A stretch of 36,272 nt of DNA, taken from Nitrospiria bacterium. GTDB taxonomy: Bacteria > Nitrospirota > Nitrospiria > SBBL01 > JAADHI01. The notes beneath the pieces were generated by a model. That model ran no database searches. It had not been told where the DNA came from and saw only the letters and a list, made by a program, of their open reading frames with translations. The DNA lies in NCBI GenBank assembly GCA_046756725.1, contig JBHHWW010000002.1:1-36272 (forward strand). Direction: 5' to 3'. Made by a program: the position numbers and the translations under genes. Positions within the stretch are counted from its first letter, which is position 1, and each line of letters begins with the position of its first letter. Of this stretch, positions 27,115 through 35,892 are shown in pieces.

Positions 27115-27636
27115 ATGAATTTCCTCCAACCCAAGTTCTATTTTGAATCCGCACAAACCCATAATCTGCCAGAAATAATGACGATTGATCGTCACTCATT
27201 TCCCTATCCATGGACCGAGAGGATGTTCATTTCAGAGATTTACGACAACCCTTGTTCATTTTCTTATGTTGTCAAAGATGTGATAAGCGGCAAAATAGTC
27301 GCTTTTCTCATCATGCGAAAACTGCTGGATGAACTGCACTTAATGAGTCTTGCAGTCCATCCGGAAAGCCGCCGTCAGGGAATAGGAGAAGCAATGATCC
27401 GGAAGGCTTTATCGACCGGGACCGAAAAGGGAATGGAAAAGGTCATTTTGGAAGTTCGGGCATCCAACATTCCGGCTCAGGCACTTTATCAGAAATTGAG
27501 TTTTGTTAAGATCGCCATTCGTAAAAAATACTATATTAAGCCGACCGAAGATGCCTTTTTATTCCAATGCTTGCTCTCTTCCGGCTTTTCAAATCAGGAA
27601 GGAAAACAACCTCTGGTCCATGTCGAAAGGGTTTAA
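27115..27636 (+). CDS. rimI: Ribosomal protein S18 alanine N-acetyltransferase (GNAT)
   Basis: SFPYPW, ELHLMSLAVHPESRRQGIG, LEVRASNIPAQALY, RKKYY..PTEDA; tsaB-rimI synteny. Confidence 0.9.
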   Translation: MNFLQPKFYFESAQTHNLPEIMTIDRHSFPYPWTERMFISEIYDNPCSFSYVVKDVISGKIVAFLIMRKLLDELHLMSLAVHPESRRQGIGEAMIRKALSTGTEKGMEKVILEVRASNIPAQALYQKLSFVKIAIRKKYYIKPTEDAFLFQCLLSSGFSNQEGKQPLVHVERV

Positions 27637-27696
27637 TAAAATCACTTCAGACCAATTTCAACAAAAATGATGACCCAAAATTAGGAGGCGTACACG

Positions 27697-27942
27697 ATGA
27701 GTGACAATGAAAATATGATCAAAATCTTACGTGAAAAAAATTATCACTTTCGCACGCTGGAAAAAGACCACCAGGCATACGAAACCTCGCTTGAGTCCCT
27801 GCGTCGCATCAAAGTATTGTCGGCGGAAGAAGAACGTCAGGAAAAAAATTTTCAAAAAAAGAAATTGGCCGCAAAAGATTCCATGGAGGAAATCATCCGG
27901 CAATACAAGGCAAATGGAGACGCCGGTTTAAAAACCGGCTAA
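27697..27942 (+). CDS. YdcH/DUF465-like small coiled-coil protein
   Basis: AGGAGG SD; F..L.K.H...E and KKKLAAKD.M pattern; 81 aa. Confidence 0.7.
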   Translation: MSDNENMIKILREKNYHFRTLEKDHQAYETSLESLRRIKVLSAEEERQEKNFQKKKLAAKDSMEEIIRQYKANGDAGLKTG

Positions 27943-27946
27943 AACC

Positions 27947-28174
27947 ATGTTTGGTATCGGCATCCCGGAACTGATTTTAATCTTGATTATTGCCTTCGTC
28001 GTGGTCGGCCCGGATAAACTGCCCAAGCTTGCCAGAGCGCTGGGAAAGGGCGTTTATGAGCTTCGTCGCGCGACAGAAGGTGTCCGGGAAGACCTTGAAA
28101 AAGAAGGATCTGCAATCGAAGAGGTATTAGCCGAGGGAAAGGCAAAGGCGGGTGAAAAAACAGACCTGGAGTAG
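27947..28174 (+). CDS. tatB: Twin-arginine translocase TatA/TatB-family subunit
   Basis: MFGIGIPELILILIIAFVVVGPDKLP followed by an amphipathic helix; precedes tatC. TatA vs TatB is uncertain. Confidence 0.8.
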   Translation: MFGIGIPELILILIIAFVVVGPDKLPKLARALGKGVYELRRATEGVREDLEKEGSAIEEVLAEGKAKAGEKTDLE

Positions 28175-28922
28175 CGGTCCGGTGGAAATGCCCATCACCG
28201 GTCATCTCCAGGAACTCCGGCAGAGAATCATTCTCTCACTGGCCATTCTTATAATTTTTGCCGGAACCGCCTTTTATTTTTCAGAGATCCTCCTTGGCTG
28301 GCTCAAAACCCCTTTAAATACAGATCTTGTTTTCCTTTCTCCTGCAGAAGCTTTCTGGGCCGACCTGAAAGTCTCTCTCTTCATCGGGTTTCTTGTCGCC
28401 TTTCCAGCCATTGTTTATCAAGTGTGGGCCTATGTCTCGCCGGGGCTCCTTCCAGGAGAGCGAGCGCTCTTTCTCCCCTTCTTGTCTTTCGGCATCTTCT
28501 TTTTTTTTAGCGGCATTTTTTTTTGCTATGCCGTTGCCCTTCCCTTTGCGATCCAATTCTTAATTGACTACGGGCGCGATGCAGGCGTGACCCCTTTAAT
28601 TTCGGTTTCATCCTATGTCGATTTCAACATTAAAATTCTTCTGGCCTTCGGCATTATTTTTGAATTGCCTATGGCAATGGTCATCTTGGGCAGAATGGGA
28701 TTCCTAACCGCCGAGATACTGGTGCAGAACCGGAAATATGCCATTCTCGGGGCTTTTGTCATTGCCGCAATTGCAACGCCCACGCCCGACATTTTCAATC
28801 AACTGATTATGGCTGGACCTTTAATTTGTTTATACGAAATAGGAATTATAACCGTTCGAATCTTTGGTAAAAAAAAGAAGACAACCACAGATCAACCAGA
28901 GGATGACCATGCGTCGAAGTAG
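28152..28922 (+). CDS. tatC: Twin-arginine translocase subunit TatC
   Basis: HLQELRQR, SPAEAF, YQVWAYVSPGL, FELP, RKYA, ATPTPD, LYEIGI; 6 TM. Confidence 0.95.
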   Translation: MKKQTWSSGPVEMPITGHLQELRQRIILSLAILIIFAGTAFYFSEILLGWLKTPLNTDLVFLSPAEAFWADLKVSLFIGFLVAFPAIVYQVWAYVSPGLLPGERALFLPFLSFGIFFFFSGIFFCYAVALPFAIQFLIDYGRDAGVTPLISVSSYVDFNIKILLAFGIIFELPMAMVILGRMGFLTAEILVQNRKYAILGAFVIAAIATPTPDIFNQLIMAGPLICLYEIGIITVRIFGKKKKTTTDQPEDDHASK

Positions 28923-30837
28923 AAAACCCCTGTTTTTTTCAGGCCTGATCGGCCTTTTAATTGTCATTGGATTGGTCTTGTTTTTTGGACAACCCAAACC
29001 ACTGCCCTTTCCTTTTGCGGAACCCATCACCTACCTGCCGGATTACCAGCCGCCGGGAGAAGGGGTCACTCTCTATCCGACAAACGGCCCCTTCGGAATC
29101 GATACCATCGAAACCATCGCCAAAACCTCAGAAAGCCTGTTTGTCGGCACATTCGGGGGGGGATTGTTCAGGAGCAATGATCATGGAGACCACTGGGAAC
29201 CCGTCAATCGCGGACTGCTGGATAAATTCATCGTCGATCTCACCCCGATCAGGAAAGATCTCCTCTTTGCGACCACCGTTCGGCTGGGACTCTTTAAAAG
29301 CCACGACAATGGAGACCACTGGACGTCATCGAACAAAGGTCTTGAGCAAACAGACGTGGAATCCATGGTCGTCCTTCCAGATGGCCAAATGCTGGCAGGA
29401 ACAGGACTGGGCGTTTACATCAGTCAGGATGAAGGCGCCACTTGGAACCCGTTCAACCAAGGCCTTGAGAGAGAACTGATTCGAAGCATTGTGGTCACAG
29501 AAGCGCAAACCATTTTTGCCGCCACACAGGGACAGGGGATCTATAAAAGAGAACCCGGGGGAAATCAATGGATTCCCGTTGTCCGCGCATTTGCTTCTGA
29601 AGGCCTTGAAGAACGGATTATCCGTGCGCTCGCCCTGGGGCCGGGTGGCACCCTGTTTGCCGGAACGATGAGCTCGGGTATTTTTCGGAGCAGCGATGGC
29701 GGGGAGACTTGGGGCAGCGCCAACAGAGGATTGGGAAACAAATCAATCCGAACATTGGCGACCGATGAAGAAGGTATTCTTTATGCCGGCACCGGTGAAG
29801 GCGTTTACGCCAGCGAAGACAATGGGATGAACTGGATTTTTCTATCCGAGGGAATGAGAGATTTTACCATTCAATCGTTCGTGGTCACGCCGGAGGGAGA
29901 TCTTTACGTTGGATCTGTCGGAGAAATCTACCGGGGGCGACGCCAACTGGCCTGGGAACCCATTCATGCACGCATTCTAATATCCCCGATCCAGGCGCTC
30001 GATTATGGAATAGAAGGAATCACAGTCGGGACGAATGGGAAAGGAACTTATGTCAATGCCCAGGATAATTGGATGTCTGACAACCTAGGTCTTGTGAATC
30101 TCTCCATCCGGGACATGGACCGGGGAAAATCCTATCTTTATGCCATTACCAACGATGGGGTTTACCGGAGACAGCCCAGCCGGCATCGCTGGGATAAGAC
30201 TGAAAATCTTCCTGATGGAGAAGCCATTTCAATTGGCGCAGGAGAAAATGATCAGGTTTATATCGGAGCAACCAAAGGACTCTTCTTCTCCAACAGCCAC
30301 GGACACAATCTTGAAAAAATAACAGCCCTTGGGACAAATGCTGTCATTGATCTGGACGTGGAAGGCCTCGACGTCCTCGCCACAACCGCTACCCAGATCT
30401 GGATGAAATCAAAAGAAGAAGCGTGGCAGACAATCATCACCAAAGATGGATCGCCCTTCCTTGCTTCCGAATTACACCCGGATGGAACCGTCCTTGCCCT
30501 GACCGCGCAGGGCATTTGGAAAAGGGATCTTAAAGGCAACTGGCGGGAGTTGGGAGGAACCCTTCCGAAAGGGCTTAAAATGACATCAATCGCCGCTGAT
30601 CCGGGCAATGCGAAAATCTTATATGTTGGAAGCGATCAGGGGCTTTTCTGGAGCGCAAATGAAGGAGAGGTCTGGGAAGACGCGCGGTTTTACCACGGCT
30701 TACCCTTTGACGGACAAATCAATCAAGTCCTTCCAACAAACAGTACGGCCCTCTGGCTGGCAACCGAAGAAAATGGCGTGCTTATCGGCATCTCTAAAGT
30801 CGCCCAGAAAAGCTGGTTTAAACGGTGGGTTCAGTAG
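28909..30837 (+). CDS. Membrane-anchored/exported Asp-box (BNR) beta-propeller protein (YCF48/VPS10-like)
   Basis: Repeated SxDxGxxW boxes (RSNDHGDHW, KSHDNGDHW, ISQDEGATW, RSSDGGETW, ASEDNGMNW, variant WSANEGEVW); N-terminus MRRSRK plus a hydrophobic helix; overlaps the tatC end. Confidence 0.82.
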   Translation: MRRSRKPLFFSGLIGLLIVIGLVLFFGQPKPLPFPFAEPITYLPDYQPPGEGVTLYPTNGPFGIDTIETIAKTSESLFVGTFGGGLFRSNDHGDHWEPVNRGLLDKFIVDLTPIRKDLLFATTVRLGLFKSHDNGDHWTSSNKGLEQTDVESMVVLPDGQMLAGTGLGVYISQDEGATWNPFNQGLERELIRSIVVTEAQTIFAATQGQGIYKREPGGNQWIPVVRAFASEGLEERIIRALALGPGGTLFAGTMSSGIFRSSDGGETWGSANRGLGNKSIRTLATDEEGILYAGTGEGVYASEDNGMNWIFLSEGMRDFTIQSFVVTPEGDLYVGSVGEIYRGRRQLAWEPIHARILISPIQALDYGIEGITVGTNGKGTYVNAQDNWMSDNLGLVNLSIRDMDRGKSYLYAITNDGVYRRQPSRHRWDKTENLPDGEAISIGAGENDQVYIGATKGLFFSNSHGHNLEKITALGTNAVIDLDVEGLDVLATTATQIWMKSKEEAWQTIITKDGSPFLASELHPDGTVLALTAQGIWKRDLKGNWRELGGTLPKGLKMTSIAADPGNAKILYVGSDQGLFWSANEGEVWEDARFYHGLPFDGQINQVLPTNSTALWLATEENGVLIGISKVAQKSWFKRWVQ

Positions 30838-31042
30838 ATATGTTGATCTGCAACAAATCCTGCCGATACGCTTCACCCATCCCGGCGGCGCCGGCCGATA
30901 AAAATAAGGTCGTTGCGGCAAGAAATAAATCTACGTAGACTTGAAGGAGGGTTCTTTTAGATAAATTGCACAAGTTGGCTGAGACAGACGGATATACCCA
31001 CCGCTGTCTTCATCCACGAAAGTCGTCAGGGAAACTTAAAAA

Positions 31043-32230
31043 ATGGTCCGGTTGCAAAAATGGAATCTTCGGTCTTTGTGGTTTCTTCTAGGGGGCCTCT
31101 CCGTCATTGTACTGGGAGGGCTTTTTCTTTTTTGGAAAGACGGTCCGGTCCGAAAAGATCCCTTTGCAAAACCCGTCCAGATTGCAGCGGGGGCCTACCA
31201 TACCTGCAGCCTCCTTTCGGACGGAACGGTCAAATGCTGGGGGAGAAATGGAAATGGGCAGCTTGGAAATGAGACCTTTAAACGGGCTGCGCTTCCAGGG
31301 AGCGTATCGGGGATACATTCGGCAAGCGCAGTGACGACGGGCGGATTTCACACCTGCGCCCTCCTTTTCAATGGAAAGATCAGCTGCTGGGGCACCAACG
31401 ACAGCGGACAAATAGGAAACGGTCCTTTTGGCGGTTCGTCTGAACCGCAAGAGCTTTCGCAGATCAATGACGCAATCGCTGTATCAGCGGGTTCTCGCCA
31501 TACCTGCGCGCTTATTTCAGACGGGACGGTTCAATGCTGGGGGGATAACCATCACGGTCAGCTGGGCATCGGTACGTCTCCCACCACTTCATCAATCCCT
31601 GTCACGGTGCCGAAGATCACCAAGGCAATTGCACTTTCTGCGGGAGGGCGTCATACCTGCGTACTTTTGACGGGTGGCATTGTCGCCTGCTGGGGAGGAA
31701 ACGAAACAGGGCAGCTCGGACGTGGCCAATTTAGCAATTCAGGTGCGCCCTGGGTGGTTTCCGGGATTAGAACGGCCGTCGAACTTGCTACGGGAGGGAG
31801 CCATACCTGCGTCGTCCTTTCCGACAGATCAATTCGATGTTGGGGCGAAAACAATAACGGACAACTTGGGACAAAACACTTTGGAAATACCTACAGTCCC
31901 TTAAGAATCCCCGGTATTACCAATGCCTCGTCAGTCACAGCCGGCGCGTTTCACAGTTGTGCGCTGTTAGAGGATGGGAAGGTAAAATGTTGGGGCCAGC
32001 ACGTCAACGGCCAACTCGGCGTACCGGATATCCCTGACGAGACGGAGCCGGTGACCGTTCCCGGGGTGAGCGCGGCTGTCGCAGTCACCGCCGGCGCCTT
32101 CCATACCTGCGCACTTGATTTATTGGAAAAGATCGAATGCTGGGGACCGAATAACAGCGGTCAGCTTGGAACGGGCGGTCCCATCGGGCATACCCCCGCG
32201 CGAGGGCTGGTCCGTCTCGACGTGATGTGA
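31043..32230 (+). CDS. Membrane-anchored RCC1/BLIP-II-like seven-repeat beta-propeller
   Basis: N-terminal TM, then 7 repeats of GxxH[TS]C-x9-CWGxxxxGQ[LI]G at about 50-aa spacing. Confidence 0.9.
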   Translation: MVRLQKWNLRSLWFLLGGLSVIVLGGLFLFWKDGPVRKDPFAKPVQIAAGAYHTCSLLSDGTVKCWGRNGNGQLGNETFKRAALPGSVSGIHSASAVTTGGFHTCALLFNGKISCWGTNDSGQIGNGPFGGSSEPQELSQINDAIAVSAGSRHTCALISDGTVQCWGDNHHGQLGIGTSPTTSSIPVTVPKITKAIALSAGGRHTCVLLTGGIVACWGGNETGQLGRGQFSNSGAPWVVSGIRTAVELATGGSHTCVVLSDRSIRCWGENNNGQLGTKHFGNTYSPLRIPGITNASSVTAGAFHSCALLEDGKVKCWGQHVNGQLGVPDIPDETEPVTVPGVSAAVAVTAGAFHTCALDLLEKIECWGPNNSGQLGTGGPIGHTPARGLVRLDVM

Positions 32231-32263
32231 CCTGACTCCCTGAAGTATGATATAGACCCATCA

Positions 32264-34570
32264 ATGAAAAAGAAGAAAAACAAGGTATGGGCCCGCGTTA
32301 TCTGGGCCGGTTCCTTCCTCGTATTCCTCGCCGCACTCGCCTACCTGATTCACCTGGATGAAGTGATTGTCAAGCAGTTTGAAGGCCCGCGATGGCAACT
32401 TCCCTCCAAGATTTACTCCGCACCTCTGACCCTCTCCCGGGGTCTTGATATCGGGAAAAAGAACCTGGCCGCCCGCCTGAAACGGCTTTCTTATCGTCGC
32501 GTTTCGCATCCCGTCCGAATGCGGGGAGAATATTATCAGGACAAACATAAATTCGAGATCTACCTGCACGCATTTGATTATCCGGATCATTCTGAGAAAG
32601 GCGCGCCCGTCCGTCTGACACTGACAGAAAAAGGGCGCATTCATCGGATCATTGATATGCGCCGTATTTCCGATTTGTCTGAAATCCAAGTCGAGCCGGA
32701 AGTCATCGGCGGTTTTTTTGAATCGGACTGGGAAGAACGGCGTTTAATTGCACTTGACGAGGTTCCCAAAATGTTGATTGATGCCATCCTGGTGATGGAA
32801 GACAGGCGGTTTTATGAGCATCTCGGAATCAATCTGAAGGGGATTGCCAGAGCCGCCTGGGTTAACCTATGGGCTGGAAAGATTGTCCAGGGGGGGAGCA
32901 CGCTCACGCAGCAACTGGTGAAGAATTTTTTCCTGGAAAGTGAGCGGACCTGGCGAAGGAAAATCCCGGAGGCTTTGATGGCCCTGCTTCTGGAGCGGCG
33001 TTATTCAAAAGAAGAGATCCTGGAGGCCTACCTGAATGAAATTTATCTGGGACAAAACGGCATCATGGGCATCTACGGCATCGGTCAGGGGAGCTGGTTT
33101 TATTTTCGGAAAGCGCCTTCTGACCTGACGCTGGGCGAGGCGGCGCTTCTGGCCGGAATGATTCGATCTCCCAATATCTTTTCCCCGACAAAAGATGTGG
33201 ATCGCGCCACGCGCCGCAGAAACCTGGTTTTGGAAACCCTTTTTTCGGAAGGTAAAATTTCCCTTCAGCCCTATCTGACAGCGCGAGCAGAACGGGTTTC
33301 TAAAAAAGAATTGGAGCAGCGTCTCAAAACGGCACCCTATTTTGTGGACCAAATTCGACGGGAAGTGATGCACCTCTATCCCGCACGGGTGGTCCATTCC
33401 GGTGGCCTACAGATTTTCACGACACTCGATGTGGAAATGCAGCAGATTGGAGAGACTTCTTTAAAAGAAGGGCTTGAGGCATTGGAGCGAAAAAATCCCG
33501 GTCTTACGCGGTCAGATCCGACGCAGCAGTTACAGGGCGCATTGGTGGCGATTGACCCGGAAAATGGTGCTGTCCGTGCCATTGTGGGGGGACGCGATTA
33601 CCGCCACAGCCAGTTCAATCGCGTGACGGATGCCAAGCGACAGCCCGGGTCTTCATTTAAACCCATTGTTTATCTGACTGCATTTGAACAGGCCGCCAAC
33701 GGGGGTCCGCCTTACACGCCCATCAGTCGCGTCGATGATGCGCCGATTACCATCCATGTGGGTGGAAAAAACTGGTCTCCGGAAAATTACGACAAACGCT
33801 ATCTCGGCTCCGTAACCCTCCGGGCCGCGCTTGAAAGATCTCGTAACGCAGCAACAGTTCGCCTTTCCCAGGAAATCGGCATGAAAGAAATTGTCAAAAT
33901 ATCCAGCGCCATCGGCATCCAAAGTCCCTTGATGCCGATTCCGTCGCTGGCGCTGGGCAGCATCGAGGTCACACCGCTTGAAATGGGCATGGCCTACAGC
34001 ACGCTGGCAAATGGCGGCATACGACATCCACCTAAATTTTTAAAGGGCATTATTGATCCGCGCGGTCTCCCGATTGACCGCATTGCCGAAGAGTCTTATC
34101 CTTCAAAACGCGTTGTTTCGGAAGAAGCCGCTTTTCAGGTGACCAACCTCCTGCAAGGGGTGATTGATGAAGGCACGGGGGGCAATGTCCGAAAACTGGG
34201 TTTTGATCGTCCTGCGGCTGGGAAAACCGGGACGACAAGCCATCTTCGGGATGCTTGGTTTGCCGGTTATACGCCTGATTTGGTCACGGTTGTCTGGGTC
34301 GGCTTCGATCAAAACCCGAAGGACAAGCAGAACGGTCGGATTAGTGGGGCATCGGCAGCCCTGCCCATCTGGACAGACTTCATGAAGAAGGGACTTGCGG
34401 AACCGGCTACTGAATTTACGGCGCCTTCGAGGATTATTTTCAGAAAAGTCACACCTGCGGGCATTGTCTGTGATAAAAATGGCATAGAAGAAGCTTTTAT
34501 TGAAGGGACGGAACCCACGCAATCATGCGAGAAGGGAATTATTAAATGGTTCAAAAAACTCTTTTTCTAA
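32264..34570 (+). CDS. mrcB: Bifunctional penicillin-binding protein 1B
   Basis: TM anchor, UB2H-like segment, TG motifs EDRRFYEHLG / GSTLTQQLVKN / KEEILEAYLN, TP motifs SSFK, SRN, KTGT. Confidence 0.9.
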   Translation: MKKKKNKVWARVIWAGSFLVFLAALAYLIHLDEVIVKQFEGPRWQLPSKIYSAPLTLSRGLDIGKKNLAARLKRLSYRRVSHPVRMRGEYYQDKHKFEIYLHAFDYPDHSEKGAPVRLTLTEKGRIHRIIDMRRISDLSEIQVEPEVIGGFFESDWEERRLIALDEVPKMLIDAILVMEDRRFYEHLGINLKGIARAAWVNLWAGKIVQGGSTLTQQLVKNFFLESERTWRRKIPEALMALLLERRYSKEEILEAYLNEIYLGQNGIMGIYGIGQGSWFYFRKAPSDLTLGEAALLAGMIRSPNIFSPTKDVDRATRRRNLVLETLFSEGKISLQPYLTARAERVSKKELEQRLKTAPYFVDQIRREVMHLYPARVVHSGGLQIFTTLDVEMQQIGETSLKEGLEALERKNPGLTRSDPTQQLQGALVAIDPENGAVRAIVGGRDYRHSQFNRVTDAKRQPGSSFKPIVYLTAFEQAANGGPPYTPISRVDDAPITIHVGGKNWSPENYDKRYLGSVTLRAALERSRNAATVRLSQEIGMKEIVKISSAIGIQSPLMPIPSLALGSIEVTPLEMGMAYSTLANGGIRHPPKFLKGIIDPRGLPIDRIAEESYPSKRVVSEEAAFQVTNLLQGVIDEGTGGNVRKLGFDRPAAGKTGTTSHLRDAWFAGYTPDLVTVVWVGFDQNPKDKQNGRISGASAALPIWTDFMKKGLAEPATEFTAPSRIIFRKVTPAGIVCDKNGIEEAFIEGTEPTQSCEKGIIKWFKKLFF

Positions 34571-35751
34571 AAAAAACAGTCCTCATAAAATATGCCGTTT
34601 CGACCTTTCTCCTGATGATTGCAATATCAGGAGGCGGTTGCGAAAAAAAGGAAGCGACCCAAAAAGGAGCATCTCAAGAAAAAGCCTCTGAAGAAGAAAT
34701 TCTTATCGGCGTTGCAGGACCGATGACAGGGGACCAAAGCAAAATTGGCGGCGACCTGGAGGGGGGCGCCCGCTTGGCGGTGGAGGAATGGAATGCCAAG
34801 GGCGGCGTGCTAGGTAGAAAGATCCGCCTTGAAATCGGGGACGACCAGCACGATCCGAAACAGGCGGTTTCCGTTGCGAATAAGTTAATCAATCTCGGCA
34901 TTGTGGGCATGGTCGGGCATTTTAATTCAAGCGCTTCCATTCCTGCTTCGACGGTTTATCACGATGCCGGGACGCTGATGATTACCCCCGGTTCGACCAA
35001 TCCAAGGCTGACTGAACAGGGGTTCTGGAATGTTTTCCGTGTGGTGGGGCGGGATGATCAGCAGGGCAGTGTCGCCGCCGATTTTATTGTGAACAAATTG
35101 ACGGCAAAGCGCGTCGCCATCCTCCACGACAAAACGACCTATGGTCAGGGGCTGGCGAAAGAACTTCAAAACAGCCTGGAGGCTTACAAAAATAAAGGCG
35201 TTGAAATTACCTCTTTTAATGGCGTGATTCAGGGGAATAAAGATTTTCGCGGCATTCTCACAACGCTGAAACAGGAAAATCCGGACATTTATTTTTTCGG
35301 AGGCATTTTCCCGGAAGGAGGTCTTTTGGCCAAGCAGGCAAAAGAAGTGGGTTTGACCGCCCCGATGATGAGCGGCGATGGCGTCATCGACCCCAAGTTT
35401 ATTGAAATTGCCGGCGCTGCCGCCGAGGGAACCTACCTGACCTTTACCCCGGACCCCGACAAAATTCCGCACGCGGCGGATTTCTTAAAAAAATACCGCA
35501 CAAAATACGGGGAGGACCTGGCTCCATACGCCATCTATGCCTACGATGCCACCAATATTCTTCTTCGGGCTGTTTCAGAATCAAAATCGACGGATGGACG
35601 CAAGCTGGCTGAAACAATTCGAACGATGAAATATGATGGCGCAATCGGCCATGTCGAGTTTGATGGAAAGGGCGATGTTAAAAAATCCCCCTACATCGTC
35701 TGGACCACCCAGAATGGCCGCTTCGAGGAATACTGGAAACCTGAAGAGTGA
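34546..35751 (+). CDS. livK: Branched-chain amino acid ABC transporter substrate-binding protein (LivK/LivJ family), probable lipoprotein
   Basis: IGVAGPMTG, GGVLGRKI, DDQHDPKQAV, GHFNSSASIPAS, STNPRLT, RDDQQG, HDKTTYGQGLA, YAYDA; GGG-C lipobox-like site. Start uncertain. Confidence 0.88.
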   Translation: MVQKTLFLKKTVLIKYAVSTFLLMIAISGGGCEKKEATQKGASQEKASEEEILIGVAGPMTGDQSKIGGDLEGGARLAVEEWNAKGGVLGRKIRLEIGDDQHDPKQAVSVANKLINLGIVGMVGHFNSSASIPASTVYHDAGTLMITPGSTNPRLTEQGFWNVFRVVGRDDQQGSVAADFIVNKLTAKRVAILHDKTTYGQGLAKELQNSLEAYKNKGVEITSFNGVIQGNKDFRGILTTLKQENPDIYFFGGIFPEGGLLAKQAKEVGLTAPMMSGDGVIDPKFIEIAGAAAEGTYLTFTPDPDKIPHAADFLKKYRTKYGEDLAPYAIYAYDATNILLRAVSESKSTDGRKLAETIRTMKYDGAIGHVEFDGKGDVKKSPYIVWTTQNGRFEEYWKPEE

Positions 35752-35892
35752 AGTCTCATCCCTATAAATCACAAACGATCTGCATTTAAAAATAAAAAAA
35801 ACGGATGTAAGTTTCCCTTAAGACTTGCTTGTTAAAATGGCGCGACTTGATGTTGAGCAGCGATTCAATAACATAGAAAAAAGGGGGAAAAG

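Noticed and set aside
12849-28922. Functional link between the Pup operon and tat genes, as in the actinobacterial pafABC-tatAC arrangement
   Set aside because: They are on opposite strands, about 9 kb apart, and separated by ppdK, glyQS and tsaB-rimI.
29183-29322. 14-bp direct repeat ATGGAGACCACTGG
   Set aside because: Reflects adjacent Asp-box protein repeats (GDHW); not a CRISPR or mobile-element repeat.
30979-31023. Hammerhead-ribozyme-like CTGA...GAAA
   Set aside because: The core does not fit CUGANGA, GAAA does not abut the stem, and stems I and III are absent.
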